Source: Eubacteriales bacterium
GTDB taxonomy: Bacteria > Bacillota > Clostridia > Oscillospirales > CAG-272
Assembly: GCA_045612385.1 (NCBI GenBank)
Contig: JAZKYZ010000028.1
Coordinates: forward strand, 701 to 64,700
DNA length: 64,000 nucleotides
Reading direction: 5' to 3'
The position numbers and the translations under genes were made by a program. The notes beneath the pieces were generated by a model. That model ran no database searches. It saw nothing but the letters and a program-made list of their open reading frames with translations, and was not told where the DNA came from. Positions 9,607-18,815 of the stretch are shown here, piece by piece (position 1 is the stretch's first letter; the number at the start of each line of letters is the position of its first letter).

Positions 9607-10463
9607 TTTACCACCTCCGACAAATATTTATAGATGGAATCCAGTGCCCTTGAAACCGTATACAAATTTCCGTCAAGAGCAATGCCACTTTCTTTTAGTC
9701 TTGAGATAATTTGGCTCACCTGTGGAACATTTAATAATACTTCGGTTAACGAAGTAGCGTCTTGGAAGATTTCCTCCACAGTACCACTTTTGAATATCTT
9801 AGAACGATACATAACCACAACATTATCACAATATGTTGCCATATCTTCCATAGAGTGACTAACCAAAATAACAGTTACCCCTTTTTCACGCGCATAGCGT
9901 ACAAGTCCTGTCATGATTTCTCGCCTGCCACGAGGATCCAGACCAGCTGCTGGTTCATCAAGGACAAGAACTTCAGGCTGCATTGCAAGAATGCCAGCAA
10001 TGGCAACTCTTCTCTGCTGACCACCTGAAAGCTCAAAAGGAGATTTTTCAAGCAAGCTTTCATCTATTCCGACAAAAGAAACAGCCTCATTAACACGACG
10101 TTCTATCTCTTCATCATCCAAGCCTAAATTTCGAGGGCCAAAGCCTATGTCGGCGCGAACTGTTTCATCAAAAAGCTGATATTCAGGATACTGCATTACA
10201 AGACCTACACGAGAGCGAATCTTCGTGATCTCTCTTGGATTTTGCCAAATATCATGACCATCCAGTAAAACCTGTCCAGAAGTAGGACGATATAGTCCAT
10301 TCAAAAGGTTAACAAGGCTCGATTTTCCAGACCCAGTATGACCAATCAATCCTGTAATTTTACCTTCTTCAAATCCAATGGTTATATCATCTAACGCTGT
10401 CTTTTGAAAAGGAGTACCTTTGCTGTAAACATAACTGATATGGTTTAATTCTAACTTCATCAT
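9603..10463 (-). CDS. ecfA2: ECF transporter ATPase component A2
   Basis: Walker A GHTGSGKSS, signature LSGGQQRR, Walker B LVLDEPAAGLD. 4-nt overlaps with both neighbours. Confidence 0.9.
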   Translation of the reverse strand: MMKLELNHISYVYSKGTPFQKTALDDITIGFEEGKITGLIGHTGSGKSSLVNLLNGLYRPTSGQVLLDGHDIWQNPREITKIRSRVGLVMQYPEYQLFDETVRADIGFGPRNLGLDDEEIERRVNEAVSFVGIDESLLEKSPFELSGGQQRRVAIAGILAMQPEVLVLDEPAAGLDPRGRREIMTGLVRYAREKGVTVILVSHSMEDMATYCDNVVVMYRSKIFKSGTVEEIFQDATSLTEVLLNVPQVSQIISRLKESGIALDGNLYTVSRALDSIYKYLSEVVK

Positions 10464-11344
10464 TTAACAGCACCCCCTAACAAAGCATACAATGCATCAA
10501 AGCATTCATCTGGAGTGATAACATCACATCTGATATTATAATTGTTTTGCCACAATTCGTAGCAAATCTCCGTACCCTGAGGCACTTCGAGTCCCATTTG
10601 TCGAAGAAGCTCTACGCGGGAAAAAACTTCTCTCGCAGTTCCATCCAAGGCAATAGAACCTTCATCTATCACAACAACACGGTCGGCTCTTGCCGCCTCT
10701 TCCATATAATGCGTGATATTGATAATTGTAATTCCTTCATCTCGATTGAGTTTTTCCATAATTTCAACAACATCTCGTCGTCCTTGTGGATCAAGCATTG
10801 CTGTGGATTCGTCGAAAATAATCAAATCTGGGCGCATAGCAATCACACCTGCAATAGCTACACGCTGTTTTTGACCTCCAGAAAGCTTATGAGGAGCGTG
10901 TCTTGCATACTCTGTCATACTAACCATAGAAAGCGCAGAATGCACTCTACGAACAATTTCTTCACGCTCAAGCGCCAAATTTTCCGGACCGAAGGCAACA
11001 TCTTCCTCAACGACCGTGGCAACAAGTTGATTATCGGGATTTTGGAAAACCATACCAACCTTTTGTCGCATTTCCCACATATCATCATACGAAAATTCTT
11101 CGCTTGTCACATCAACCCCAAAAAGTTCAATTTTACCATATGTGGGATCAAGGTTTAAATTTATTAGCTTCGCCAATGTGGATTTTCCAGAACCATTGTG
11201 ACCAAGCACGGCAATATACTCTCCACGTCGAATATTGAGTGAAATATTATGAAGCGCCGGTTGATCTTGCGAAGATGATTCATCATAAAAAAATGTTACA
11301 TTATCAAGTTGAACAACTATATCTTTCATTTTGTCTACCTTCAT
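10460..11344 (-). CDS. ecfA1: ECF transporter ATPase component A1
   Basis: Walker A GHNGSGKST, signature LSGGQKQR, Walker B IIFDESTAMLD. Confidence 0.9.
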   Translation of the reverse strand: MKVDKMKDIVVQLDNVTFFYDESSSQDQPALHNISLNIRRGEYIAVLGHNGSGKSTLAKLINLNLDPTYGKIELFGVDVTSEEFSYDDMWEMRQKVGMVFQNPDNQLVATVVEEDVAFGPENLALEREEIVRRVHSALSMVSMTEYARHAPHKLSGGQKQRVAIAGVIAMRPDLIIFDESTAMLDPQGRRDVVEIMEKLNRDEGITIINITHYMEEAARADRVVVIDEGSIALDGTAREVFSRVELLRQMGLEVPQGTEICYELWQNNYNIRCDVITPDECFDALYALLGGAVK

Positions 11345-11346
11345 AT

Positions 11347-12207
11347 TTACTCAAAGGTTACTCTTACACTACTACCACACGGAAGTACCCCACCCGTGCT
11401 CATAACTGGAAGTCCAATTTCTTCTGCCTCGCTTTTTCCTCCTATTTTTGAAAAATGAAGGTCTGCAATATATTTCATAGTGGAAGCAGATAAACCAGTT
11501 GTATATGAATTGATTAAGTAAAACAGAGGCTTGTCGGATAAGACCTTCGCTGTCAAGGCAACGAAATCATCTATACATTCCTCGATTTTCCAAACTTCTC
11601 CAGTCGGGCCTCTGCCATATGACGGAGGATCAATAATTATTGCATCATAATAATTTTGTCTACGGATTTCTCTTTCCACAAACTTTTTGCAATCATCAAC
11701 AATATAACGGATTGGCGCATCAGAGAGTCCACTCAAGCGTGCGTTTTCCTTCGCCTGTGCGACCATTCCTTTTGCTGCATCAACGTGACACACAGATGCA
11801 CCTGCTTTTGCCGCTGCAACTGTCGCACCACCGGTATAAGCAAAAAGATTCAAAACTTTAATGGGACGGTTTGCCGAACGTATCAAGGAAGAAAACCAAT
11901 CCCAATTCGTTGCTTGCTCTGGAAATAAACCTGTATGTTTAAATCCCATTGGTTTAATCATAAATGTTAAATCCCTATAATGAATCTGCCAAGATTCGGG
12001 AAGTTTATTCTGATTCCAACTTCCTCCTCCGGAATTGCTTCGGGAATATCTGGCATCTGCACACTGCCAAAGGGGGTGCTTCTTTTCACTTTTCCATATG
12101 ACTTGTGGGTCTGGGCGAACCAAAGAATATTTCCCCCACATCTCAAGTTTCTCACCAAGTGAAGTATCTAAAATCGTATATTCTTTCCAAGAATCTGCAA
12201 TCCACAT
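11347..12207 (-). CDS. class I SAM-dependent (RlmI/RlmK-like) RNA methyltransferase
   Basis: SAM-fold motif VLNLFAYTGGATVAAAKAG and catalytic-type IIIDPPSYG motif. Confidence 0.72.
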   Translation of the reverse strand: MWIADSWKEYTILDTSLGEKLEMWGKYSLVRPDPQVIWKSEKKHPLWQCADARYSRSNSGGGSWNQNKLPESWQIHYRDLTFMIKPMGFKHTGLFPEQATNWDWFSSLIRSANRPIKVLNLFAYTGGATVAAAKAGASVCHVDAAKGMVAQAKENARLSGLSDAPIRYIVDDCKKFVEREIRRQNYYDAIIIDPPSYGRGPTGEVWKIEECIDDFVALTAKVLSDKPLFYLINSYTTGLSASTMKYIADLHFSKIGGKSEAEEIGLPVMSTGGVLPCGSSVRVTFE

Positions 12208-12209
12208 AA

Positions 12210-12710
12210 TTATCTCCCATTAAAATACGTTCCTATTGCGCTCACAGCGCATTGCGCGTGGCAAAAAGCAATGGCAAGCGCATCTGCAGTATCATCAGGT
12301 TTGGGCGCTTTTTCAAGATGTAAAAGCGTTTTTACCATTGCGATTACCTGCTTTTTTTCTGCTTTTCCATAACCGACCACAGCCTGTTTCACCTGACCTG
12401 GCGTATATTCAGCTATTCGAATCTTATATTTATTTGCCGTACATAGAATAACGCCCCTCGCTTCAGCCACAGCAATACCTGTTGTGATATTGTTGGTAAA
12501 AAACAATTCTTCAATAGCCATCTCATCCGGATGATATTTTTCAATGATTGTCTTTAAATCTTCTTCAATGATGCAAAGTCGATCTTCTATATTTGTATGA
12601 GCAGGTGTTGTAATAGCGCCAAAGGCAATAGGACGAACACGCCCTTTATTGCTTTCAAGAATTCCCCAACCCACAATAGCAAGTCCAGGATCTATTCCTA
12701 AAATAATCAT
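12210..12710 (-). CDS. ruvC: crossover junction endodeoxyribonuclease RuvC
   Basis: MIILGIDPGLAIVGWG N-terminus from ATG 12710. The track ORF extends 17 codons further upstream. Confidence 0.9.
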   Translation of the reverse strand: MIILGIDPGLAIVGWGILESNKGRVRPIAFGAITTPAHTNIEDRLCIIEEDLKTIIEKYHPDEMAIEELFFTNNITTGIAVAEARGVILCTANKYKIRIAEYTPGQVKQAVVGYGKAEKKQVIAMVKTLLHLEKAPKPDDTADALAIAFCHAQCAVSAIGTYFNGR

Positions 12711-12809
12711 AAAAGACACTCTTTTCATTTTTACATATTTATTCATTATATATTGTACCACACTTTTTGTTTTTCGTCAATATCTCGCTCAAAAATTCTT
12801 GACAATATA

Positions 12810-12839
12810 CAAATACATATGTTATAATAAATAAGATAT
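12810..12839 (+). promoter_or_regulatory. sigma-A-type promoter for DUF951-ruvAB
   Basis: TTGACA (12810-12815), 18-nt spacer, TGtTATAAT extended -10 (12834-12839). Confidence 0.5.
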
Positions 12840-12873
12840 TTGCTACATTAATTCAAATATGGGAGAGAGCCTT

Positions 12874-13074
12874 ATGATTCGTTTCAATGTTGGCGATCAG
12901 CTACTATTTAAAAAGAAACATCCGTGTGGTTCCTTCGCCTTTCGTGTGATGAGATGTGGAAGTGATGTTCGTGTCATCTGCTTGGGCTGTGGACGAGATA
13001 TGACTTTAGGACGCGAAAAGATTGAAAAAATGATAAAGAAAGTCTGCGACGAGACAACTGTCGAAAATAGGTGA
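12874..13074 (+). CDS. DUF951-family small protein (Cys4 zinc-ribbon-like)
   Basis: MIRFNVGDQLLFKKKHPCGS...RCGSDVRVICLGCGRD. The SD GGGAGAG precedes ATG 12874. The stop is 3 nt before ruvA. Confidence 0.7.
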   Translation: MIRFNVGDQLLFKKKHPCGSFAFRVMRCGSDVRVICLGCGRDMTLGREKIEKMIKKVCDETTVENR

Positions 13075-13077
13075 ATT

Positions 13078-13698
13078 ATGTTTTATTACTTAAAAGGTGA
13101 ACTTGCTCTTTGCAAAAGCAATCTTTGTGTAATTGATTGTGGTGGCGTAGGCTATCAGCTAACGGTTAGTTTAAACACATCCGATAAGTTTTTAACCAAA
13201 GAAGGCACGATAGTTAAATTGTATACGCATCTTGCTGTACGAGAAGATGGCGTTGAATTATTCGGTTTCTCTTCCCTTGATGAGAGAGACACATTTCACA
13301 ACCTTACTTCGGTCAGTGGAATTGGTCCTAAAGTTGCCCTTTCGATTCTCTCTTACTTTACTCCAGATAAGCTTGCCCTTGCTATTTGCACTGAAGATAT
13401 TAAAAGCATTGCTAAAACTCCCGGTATTGGCCCAAAAACAGCAGCAAGAATCGTATTAGAACTTCGCGATAAAATTTCAAAAGAGATGCTTTCTTCCGAG
13501 TTGGGTGTTACATCAAGTGGTGGCTCTCGTTCTGCACCAGCGTCTAAACTTTCCAAAAACCTATCGGAAGCTACGGAAGCGCTTATGGTGCTTGGTTACG
13601 ATAAAAACACCATTCTGACGGCCCTGAATGGCATTGATACAGAAAATACACCTGTTAGCGAAATCATTCGTCTTGCACTCAAAAAATTATCAAGATAA
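13078..13698 (+). CDS. ruvA: Holliday junction DNA helicase subunit RuvA
   Basis: MFYYLKGEL N-terminus and tandem HhH motifs (GIGPKVA, GIGPKTA). Confidence 0.92.
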   Translation: MFYYLKGELALCKSNLCVIDCGGVGYQLTVSLNTSDKFLTKEGTIVKLYTHLAVREDGVELFGFSSLDERDTFHNLTSVSGIGPKVALSILSYFTPDKLALAICTEDIKSIAKTPGIGPKTAARIVLELRDKISKEMLSSELGVTSSGGSRSAPASKLSKNLSEATEALMVLGYDKNTILTALNGIDTENTPVSEIIRLALKKLSR

Positions 13699-13718
13699 AG
13701 GAAGGAGGACTTCTCTAA

Positions 13719-14792
13719 ATGATGGAAGAAGTTAGCGAATTTGATTTTGAAAATCGAATCGTTTCAAATGAATATGATGGAAGTATGGATTCCGAAGTCG
13801 AGAATTCTCTGCGTCCTAAGACGCTTGACGAATATGTAGGCCAATCGAAAGCCAAAGAAAATCTTCGCATATATATTGAGAGCGCAAAAATTCGAGGAGA
13901 ATCTCTTGACCACGTCCTCCTGTATGGCCCTCCTGGTCTTGGTAAAACCACGCTCTCTACGATTATTGCAAACGAACTTGGCGTTAATATTCGTACCACT
14001 TCCGGTCCTGCCATAGAAAAAGCAGGCGATCTGGCGGCAATTCTGACCAATCTCGCTGATGGTGACGTTTTGTTTATTGACGAAATTCATCGCCTCTCTC
14101 GTGCTGTTGAAGAAATATTGTATCCCGCAATGGAAGATTATGCTTTGGATATCATTATAGGAAAAGGACCTTCTGCAAGGTCGATACGTATACCTATCCC
14201 ACGCTTTACCTTGATTGGAGCGACTACCAGAGCTGGTCAGTTATCTACGCCCCTACGTGATCGTTTTGGCGTAGTGTTAAAGCTTGAACTTTATACAAAT
14301 GAAGAACTCGCCTCCATCGTTAAACGCTCTGCTTCTATTTTAGAAATTGAAATTACCGAAGAGGGAGCGCTTCAAATTGCCTCTCGTTCACGTGGAACAC
14401 CACGTATCGCCAATCGTCTTTTAAAGAGAGTACGTGATTTTGCGCTCGTAAAAGGAAATGGCACAATCACAAATGACATTGCGGCCACTGCTTTACAATC
14501 CCTTGAAATTGACGAACTTGGCTTAGATAATATCGACCGTCGTATGCTTGAAGCCATTATTAAGTTTTATGGTGGCGGACCTGTTGGTCTGGAGACGTTA
14601 GCAGCAACTATTGGTGAAGAGTCAATAACGATTGAAGATGTATATGAGCCATATCTTATGCAAATTGGCTTTCTTTCCAGAACTCCTCGTGGACGTTGCG
14701 TTACAAAACTTGCCTATGATCATCTCGGCATTCCTTTTGTCACAACACACACTCAGGGAATGATTCAAGGACAAAAAACAATGGATATATAA
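13719..14792 (+). CDS. ruvB: Holliday junction DNA helicase RuvB
   Basis: [12 protein letters not shown], Walker [10 protein letters not shown], Walker [21 protein letters not shown]. Confidence 0.95.
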   Translation: MMEEVSEFDFENRIVSNEYDGSMDSEVENSLRPKTLDEYVGQSKAKENLRIYIESAKIRGESLDHVLLYGPPGLGKTTLSTIIANELGVNIRTTSGPAIEKAGDLAAILTNLADGDVLFIDEIHRLSRAVEEILYPAMEDYALDIIIGKGPSARSIRIPIPRFTLIGATTRAGQLSTPLRDRFGVVLKLELYTNEELASIVKRSASILEIEITEEGALQIASRSRGTPRIANRLLKRVRDFALVKGNGTITNDIAATALQSLEIDELGLDNIDRRMLEAIIKFYGGGPVGLETLAATIGEESITIEDVYEPYLMQIGFLSRTPRGRCVTKLAYDHLGIPFVTTHTQGMIQGQKTMDI

Positions 14793-14797
14793 AAATA

Positions 14798-14822
14798 GGA
14801 GATTTCCACAACGGAAATCTCC
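14798..14822. terminator. bidirectional terminator (ruvB / mrp convergent)
   Basis: GGAGATTTCC-acaac-GGAAATCTCC perfect 10-bp stem flanked by A-run and T-run. Confidence 0.75.
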
Positions 14823-14828
14823 TATTTT

Positions 14829-15653
14829 TTACTGCTTAAGCATTTTTTCAAGCTTATCGCACGCGCGCTCCAGATAATCATTCTCGAAAAGTTCGATAAC
14901 GCCCTTATCAGAGAGTGATGGAATTTCAGGATCTATAGGAAGTTTAGCCAGAACTTCAATACCGTGTTTTTGTGCAAGCTCATCAATATGACTCTCACCA
15001 AACACTTTAATAATTTTTCCACAATCAGGACAAGCAAGATAAGAATAGTTCTCTACAAGTCCGAGCACAGGAATATCCATCAGAGATGCCATATTCACTG
15101 CCTTATCTACAATCATAGAAACAAGTTCCTGTGGAGAAGTAACAACCACAATACCATCCAAAGGAAGGCTCTGGAAAACAGTGAGAGGTACATCTCCAGT
15201 TCCAGGAGGCATATCTACAAACATATAGTCAACTTCATTCCAGACAACATCACTCCAGAACTGTTTTACTGTTCCAGCAATTACGGGACCACGCCATACA
15301 ACAGGCTTGGTTTCTTCATCAACCAAGAGGTTGATGCTCATAATTTCAATACCAGTCTTTGTTTTTGGTGGGAACATTCCAAGTTCTGAACCTTCGACCG
15401 TGCCTCCTTTAATTCCGAAAGCACGAGGAATAGAAGGACCTGTAATATCAGCATCAAGAATAGCGCATTGGTAGCCTCTGCGCTGCATAGTTACAGCAAG
15501 CATTGAGGTTACCATAGATTTACCGACGCCACCTTTTCCACTGACAACGCCGATTACGTGTTTAATTTTGCTCGCTTTATTGGTAGGCGCCATCAAAGAT
15601 TCCTTTGAGCACTTACTTGAACAAGTAGAGCAATCATGGGTACATCCAGACAT
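14829..15653 (-). CDS. Mrp/NBP35-family Fe-S cluster carrier ATPase
   Basis: Deviant Walker A SGKGGVGKS, CPDC motif, Cys-rich N-terminus (CTHDCSTCSSKC). Confidence 0.88.
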   Translation of the reverse strand: MSGCTHDCSTCSSKCSKESLMAPTNKASKIKHVIGVVSGKGGVGKSMVTSMLAVTMQRRGYQCAILDADITGPSIPRAFGIKGGTVEGSELGMFPPKTKTGIEIMSINLLVDEETKPVVWRGPVIAGTVKQFWSDVVWNEVDYMFVDMPPGTGDVPLTVFQSLPLDGIVVVTSPQELVSMIVDKAVNMASLMDIPVLGLVENYSYLACPDCGKIIKVFGESHIDELAQKHGIEVLAKLPIDPEIPSLSDKGVIELFENDYLERACDKLEKMLKQ

Positions 15654-15680
15654 AATGATTCCTTTCTAACGTCTATAAAA

Positions 15681-18029
15681 TCAAATGGATAAACAAATAA
15701 GTTCGCCATCGCGAAGGGAGTAATGGACTCCAAGCAGACGATTTGCTCCTGAATTGATAATCAATTCAGCCAGACGATCCTCTACCTCTCTCTCAACAAA
15801 ACGACGCATATTTCTTGCACCGAATTTTTCAGAGAATGATTTTTCAGCAATAAAAGCTAATACTTCGTCGTCGTAGGTGATTGAAATTCCCTTCTCTTCT
15901 TTCATAAATGCAGCAAGTTTTCCCATCATAAGAGCTGCAATTTTTTTGAAATCTTCCATATTCAAATGACGGAAGGTAATGATTTCATCAATTCTATTGA
16001 TAAACTCGGGACGAAGGAAGGAGGAAAGAGCCCTTTCCGTTTTTTCGCGAGACGTCTGTTCTTTTTCCTTGCCAAAACCAGAAACTGATGTTGAATTTTG
16101 ACTACCAGCATTGGTTGTTAAAATGATAATCGTATTCTCGAAATTTACAACGCGTCCTTGAGCGTCTGTAATCTTACCATCATCGAGAATCTGGAGAAGA
16201 ATATTAAGCACATCCGGATGCGCCTTTTCAATCTCATCAAAAAGCACAACGGAATATGGGCGACGGCGAATCTTTTCGGTCAACTGCCCAGCTTCATCAT
16301 ATCCAACATATCCTGGAGGCGCTCCAATAATACGAGAAACAGCGTGTTTCTCCATAAACTCGGACATATCCAAGCGAATCAGGGCCTCCGGTTGCTTAAA
16401 GAGCTCTGCAGAGAGAACCTTAACCAACTCTGTTTTACCTACACCGGTAGGACCAGCAAAAATCATTGAAACGGGGTTATGACGATACGAAATACCCGCC
16501 CTCTTTCGTTTTACTGCACGGCAAACAGCCTCCACTGCTTCTTGCTGTCCAATCAACTGCGAAGAAATTCTGTCATAAAGGCCAGATAATTGTTCGAGTT
16601 CATCCCGACGGATGTCGGAAGCAGGAATACCCGTCCAAATTTCAATAACGGAAGCGAGATGGTCTGTTGTAATCGCAAAGCCATTCAACGCCTCGCGAAG
16701 AGTGGAAGCGCGTTCTTCAAGGTTCAAGATCTCAACCTTAAGGTCGGCAAGTTTTTTATAAAGCGCAGTTGCGCCCTCACCTGCCTGTTGAAGTTTGCCC
16801 TCCGTCTCCTCACGTTCTTTATATAAAACAGAAAGACGACGCTCAATAGAACGAAGTTCGTTCAATTCTTTAGAATCCAGAGAAGCGCGTGAAGCAGCTT
16901 CGTCAATTAAGTCAATCGCTTTATCAGGAAGAAAACGATCTGTGATATAACGTTCCGAAAGTACTACTGCGCTTCTTGCGATTTCCACAGGAATTTTTAC
17001 GCCGTGGAATTCTTCATAATAATTTCGGATACCAGTAATAATATCTGTCGCATCATCAATCGAAGGCTCTGCAATCATAATCGGTTGGAAACGACGTTCA
17101 AGAGCAGAATCTTTTTCGATATACTTACGATATTCTTTCAGTGTGGTTGCGCCAATGACCTGAATTTCTCCACGCGAAAGTGCCGGTTTCAAAATATTGG
17201 CCGCGTTCATTCCACCTTCCGCATCACCAGCGCCAACAATATTATGCACCTCATCAATCACGAGGATGATTTTTCCTGCCGCCTTAATCTCTTTTATGAG
17301 ATTTTGTATTCTTGCCTCAAATTGACCTCTGAATTGAGATCCTGCAACAAGAGCCGTAAGATCCAAAAGCCAAACCTCATGGTCCTGAAGTTTAAAAGGA
17401 ACCTCTCCTTTTACAATTTTCTGAGCAAGAGCTTCTGCAATCGCCGTTTTACCAACACCAGGCTCACCAATAAGACAAGGGTTGTTCTTTTGTCTACGAC
17501 AAAGAATTTGAATCATTCGAGCGAGTTCACGCTCTCTACCAATCATACGGTCAAGTTTGCCTTGCTTTGCTCGTTCGTTAAGATTGGTACAATAGGTAGA
17601 AAGGAACTTTCTTGACTCTCCGCCACGAGAAGAACGCAGGCCACCAAGATTTCCCGAGCCTCTGCCTCTTCTTTCCTCTGGTTCTGTAGGTGTTGTCAAT
17701 CCCATATGCTCAAATACGCGAGCAAAATCAATGGTAGGTGTTCTGCTCTGCTCTTCTTCTGGAGGAGTAGAAGGTACTACCTCTTCTGTCTCGGATTCTT
17801 GCGCTTGCTCTTCGGCAATCGCCATAAATCCTTCCACCTCTTCGGTCATCTGCTCAAGTTCTTCTTCAGATACACCCATTTGTGAGAGCATATCCGTTAC
17901 AGGCTTTATGCCAAGCTCTTTTGCACAGACGAAGCACAAACCTTCACTTTTGCTTTCACCATTCTCAATTCGAGATATATAGACCACAGCTGGTCTTGTT
18001 TTGCATTTAGCACATTTTTGTAATTCCAT
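15681..18029 (-). CDS. clpE: Clp/Hsp100 AAA+ ATPase, ClpE-like (N-terminal zinc finger)
   Basis: Two AAA+ modules (GEPGVGKT / GPTGVGKT, Walker B VIDEVH / LFDEIEKA). N-terminal CAKC...CFVC Cys4 motif typical of ClpE rather than ClpC. Confidence 0.85.
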   Translation of the reverse strand: MELQKCAKCKTRPAVVYISRIENGESKSEGLCFVCAKELGIKPVTDMLSQMGVSEEELEQMTEEVEGFMAIAEEQAQESETEEVVPSTPPEEEQSRTPTIDFARVFEHMGLTTPTEPEERRGRGSGNLGGLRSSRGGESRKFLSTYCTNLNERAKQGKLDRMIGRERELARMIQILCRRQKNNPCLIGEPGVGKTAIAEALAQKIVKGEVPFKLQDHEVWLLDLTALVAGSQFRGQFEARIQNLIKEIKAAGKIILVIDEVHNIVGAGDAEGGMNAANILKPALSRGEIQVIGATTLKEYRKYIEKDSALERRFQPIMIAEPSIDDATDIITGIRNYYEEFHGVKIPVEIARSAVVLSERYITDRFLPDKAIDLIDEAASRASLDSKELNELRSIERRLSVLYKEREETEGKLQQAGEGATALYKKLADLKVEILNLEERASTLREALNGFAITTDHLASVIEIWTGIPASDIRRDELEQLSGLYDRISSQLIGQQEAVEAVCRAVKRKRAGISYRHNPVSMIFAGPTGVGKTELVKVLSAELFKQPEALIRLDMSEFMEKHAVSRIIGAPPGYVGYDEAGQLTEKIRRRPYSVVLFDEIEKAHPDVLNILLQILDDGKITDAQGRVVNFENTIIILTTNAGSQNSTSVSGFGKEKEQTSREKTERALSSFLRPEFINRIDEIITFRHLNMEDFKKIAALMMGKLAAFMKEEKGISITYDDEVLAFIAEKSFSEKFGARNMRRFVEREVEDRLAELIINSGANRLLGVHYSLRDGELICLSI

Positions 18030-18061
18030 GAAAAATAAATACCTTTGCTAATAATTCCCCA

Positions 18062-18751
18062 TTAAAACTTAAAAAGCAAATCAATGGGATTCAGTTGTTG
18101 TACAAGTTTGTAAACAGGTCCTCCGGTAAATCCCTGAATCATTTCCACATCAGAGAGGAACCCAAGAGTTATCACATAATCAAATCCTACGGTAAGCGCC
18201 CAAACAACAATGAAGGAAAAGACTGCGCCAAAGATTAAACCAAAGATTTTGTTTATGACCTCAAGAGGACCGACGTTAAAGATCAAATCAATAATTTTAA
18301 AAAGAATCCAGCAAACAATGTTAGTAGCAAGGAACAATCCGACAAAGGAAAGGACAATTCCCGCAAGGCTTGCCAAAGGCTCTGCCAAAGCATTTGAGAT
18401 TGCTTCTACAATCGTTGTCGTTGCTTGCTCTGCAACATCATTCACATCAACATTAAAGAGTTTCGCAATCAGTTTCATAATGCCAGGAAGCTCGGTAGAG
18501 GCAGATTCAGCTGTTATTTCTCCACACTTTTCCTTAAGGAAAGCTGTCCATTTTTCTGTTAGAGGCTCTTGAATCCATGGTTGAACATATTGAGCGCTCA
18601 ATGGCTTGCAAAGACCGAAAGCCACGCCAATGCTGGCAAGAATACGAACAGGCTTCGCCACAGTAGCTACGAATCCTCGCTTCACACCAAGAATTATACC
18701 AATGATAAGAATGAGTACGATAATTGCATCGACAATTAAATTGATGGCCAT
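18062..18751 (-). CDS. cvpA: CvpA-family membrane protein
   Basis: 229-aa multi-TM protein with a CvpA-like N-terminus (IVDAIIVLILIIGIILGVKRGF). Confidence 0.7.
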   Translation of the reverse strand: MAINLIVDAIIVLILIIGIILGVKRGFVATVAKPVRILASIGVAFGLCKPLSAQYVQPWIQEPLTEKWTAFLKEKCGEITAESASTELPGIMKLIAKLFNVDVNDVAEQATTTIVEAISNALAEPLASLAGIVLSFVGLFLATNIVCWILFKIIDLIFNVGPLEVINKIFGLIFGAVFSFIVVWALTVGFDYVITLGFLSDVEMIQGFTGGPVYKLVQQLNPIDLLFKF

Positions 18752-18815
18752 AGTAGTTTCTCCTTATTATACATATATTATATTGTAACAAATAAATTCT
18801 GCAATGTCAACTTTT

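Noticed and set aside
10547-11158. 203-aa plus-strand ORF
   Set aside because: It is antisense to ecfA1, whose ABC motifs are intact. This is a shadow ORF.
12824-12836. LexA (Cheo-box)-like palindrome ATACATATGTTAT in the ruvAB promoter spacer
   Set aside because: It has three mismatches to GAAC-N4-GTTC in the critical half-sites, in AT-rich DNA. This is not enough to call an SOS box.
17004-17615. 203-aa plus-strand ORF
   Set aside because: It is antisense to the AAA+ module 1 of the Clp ATPase. This is a shadow ORF.
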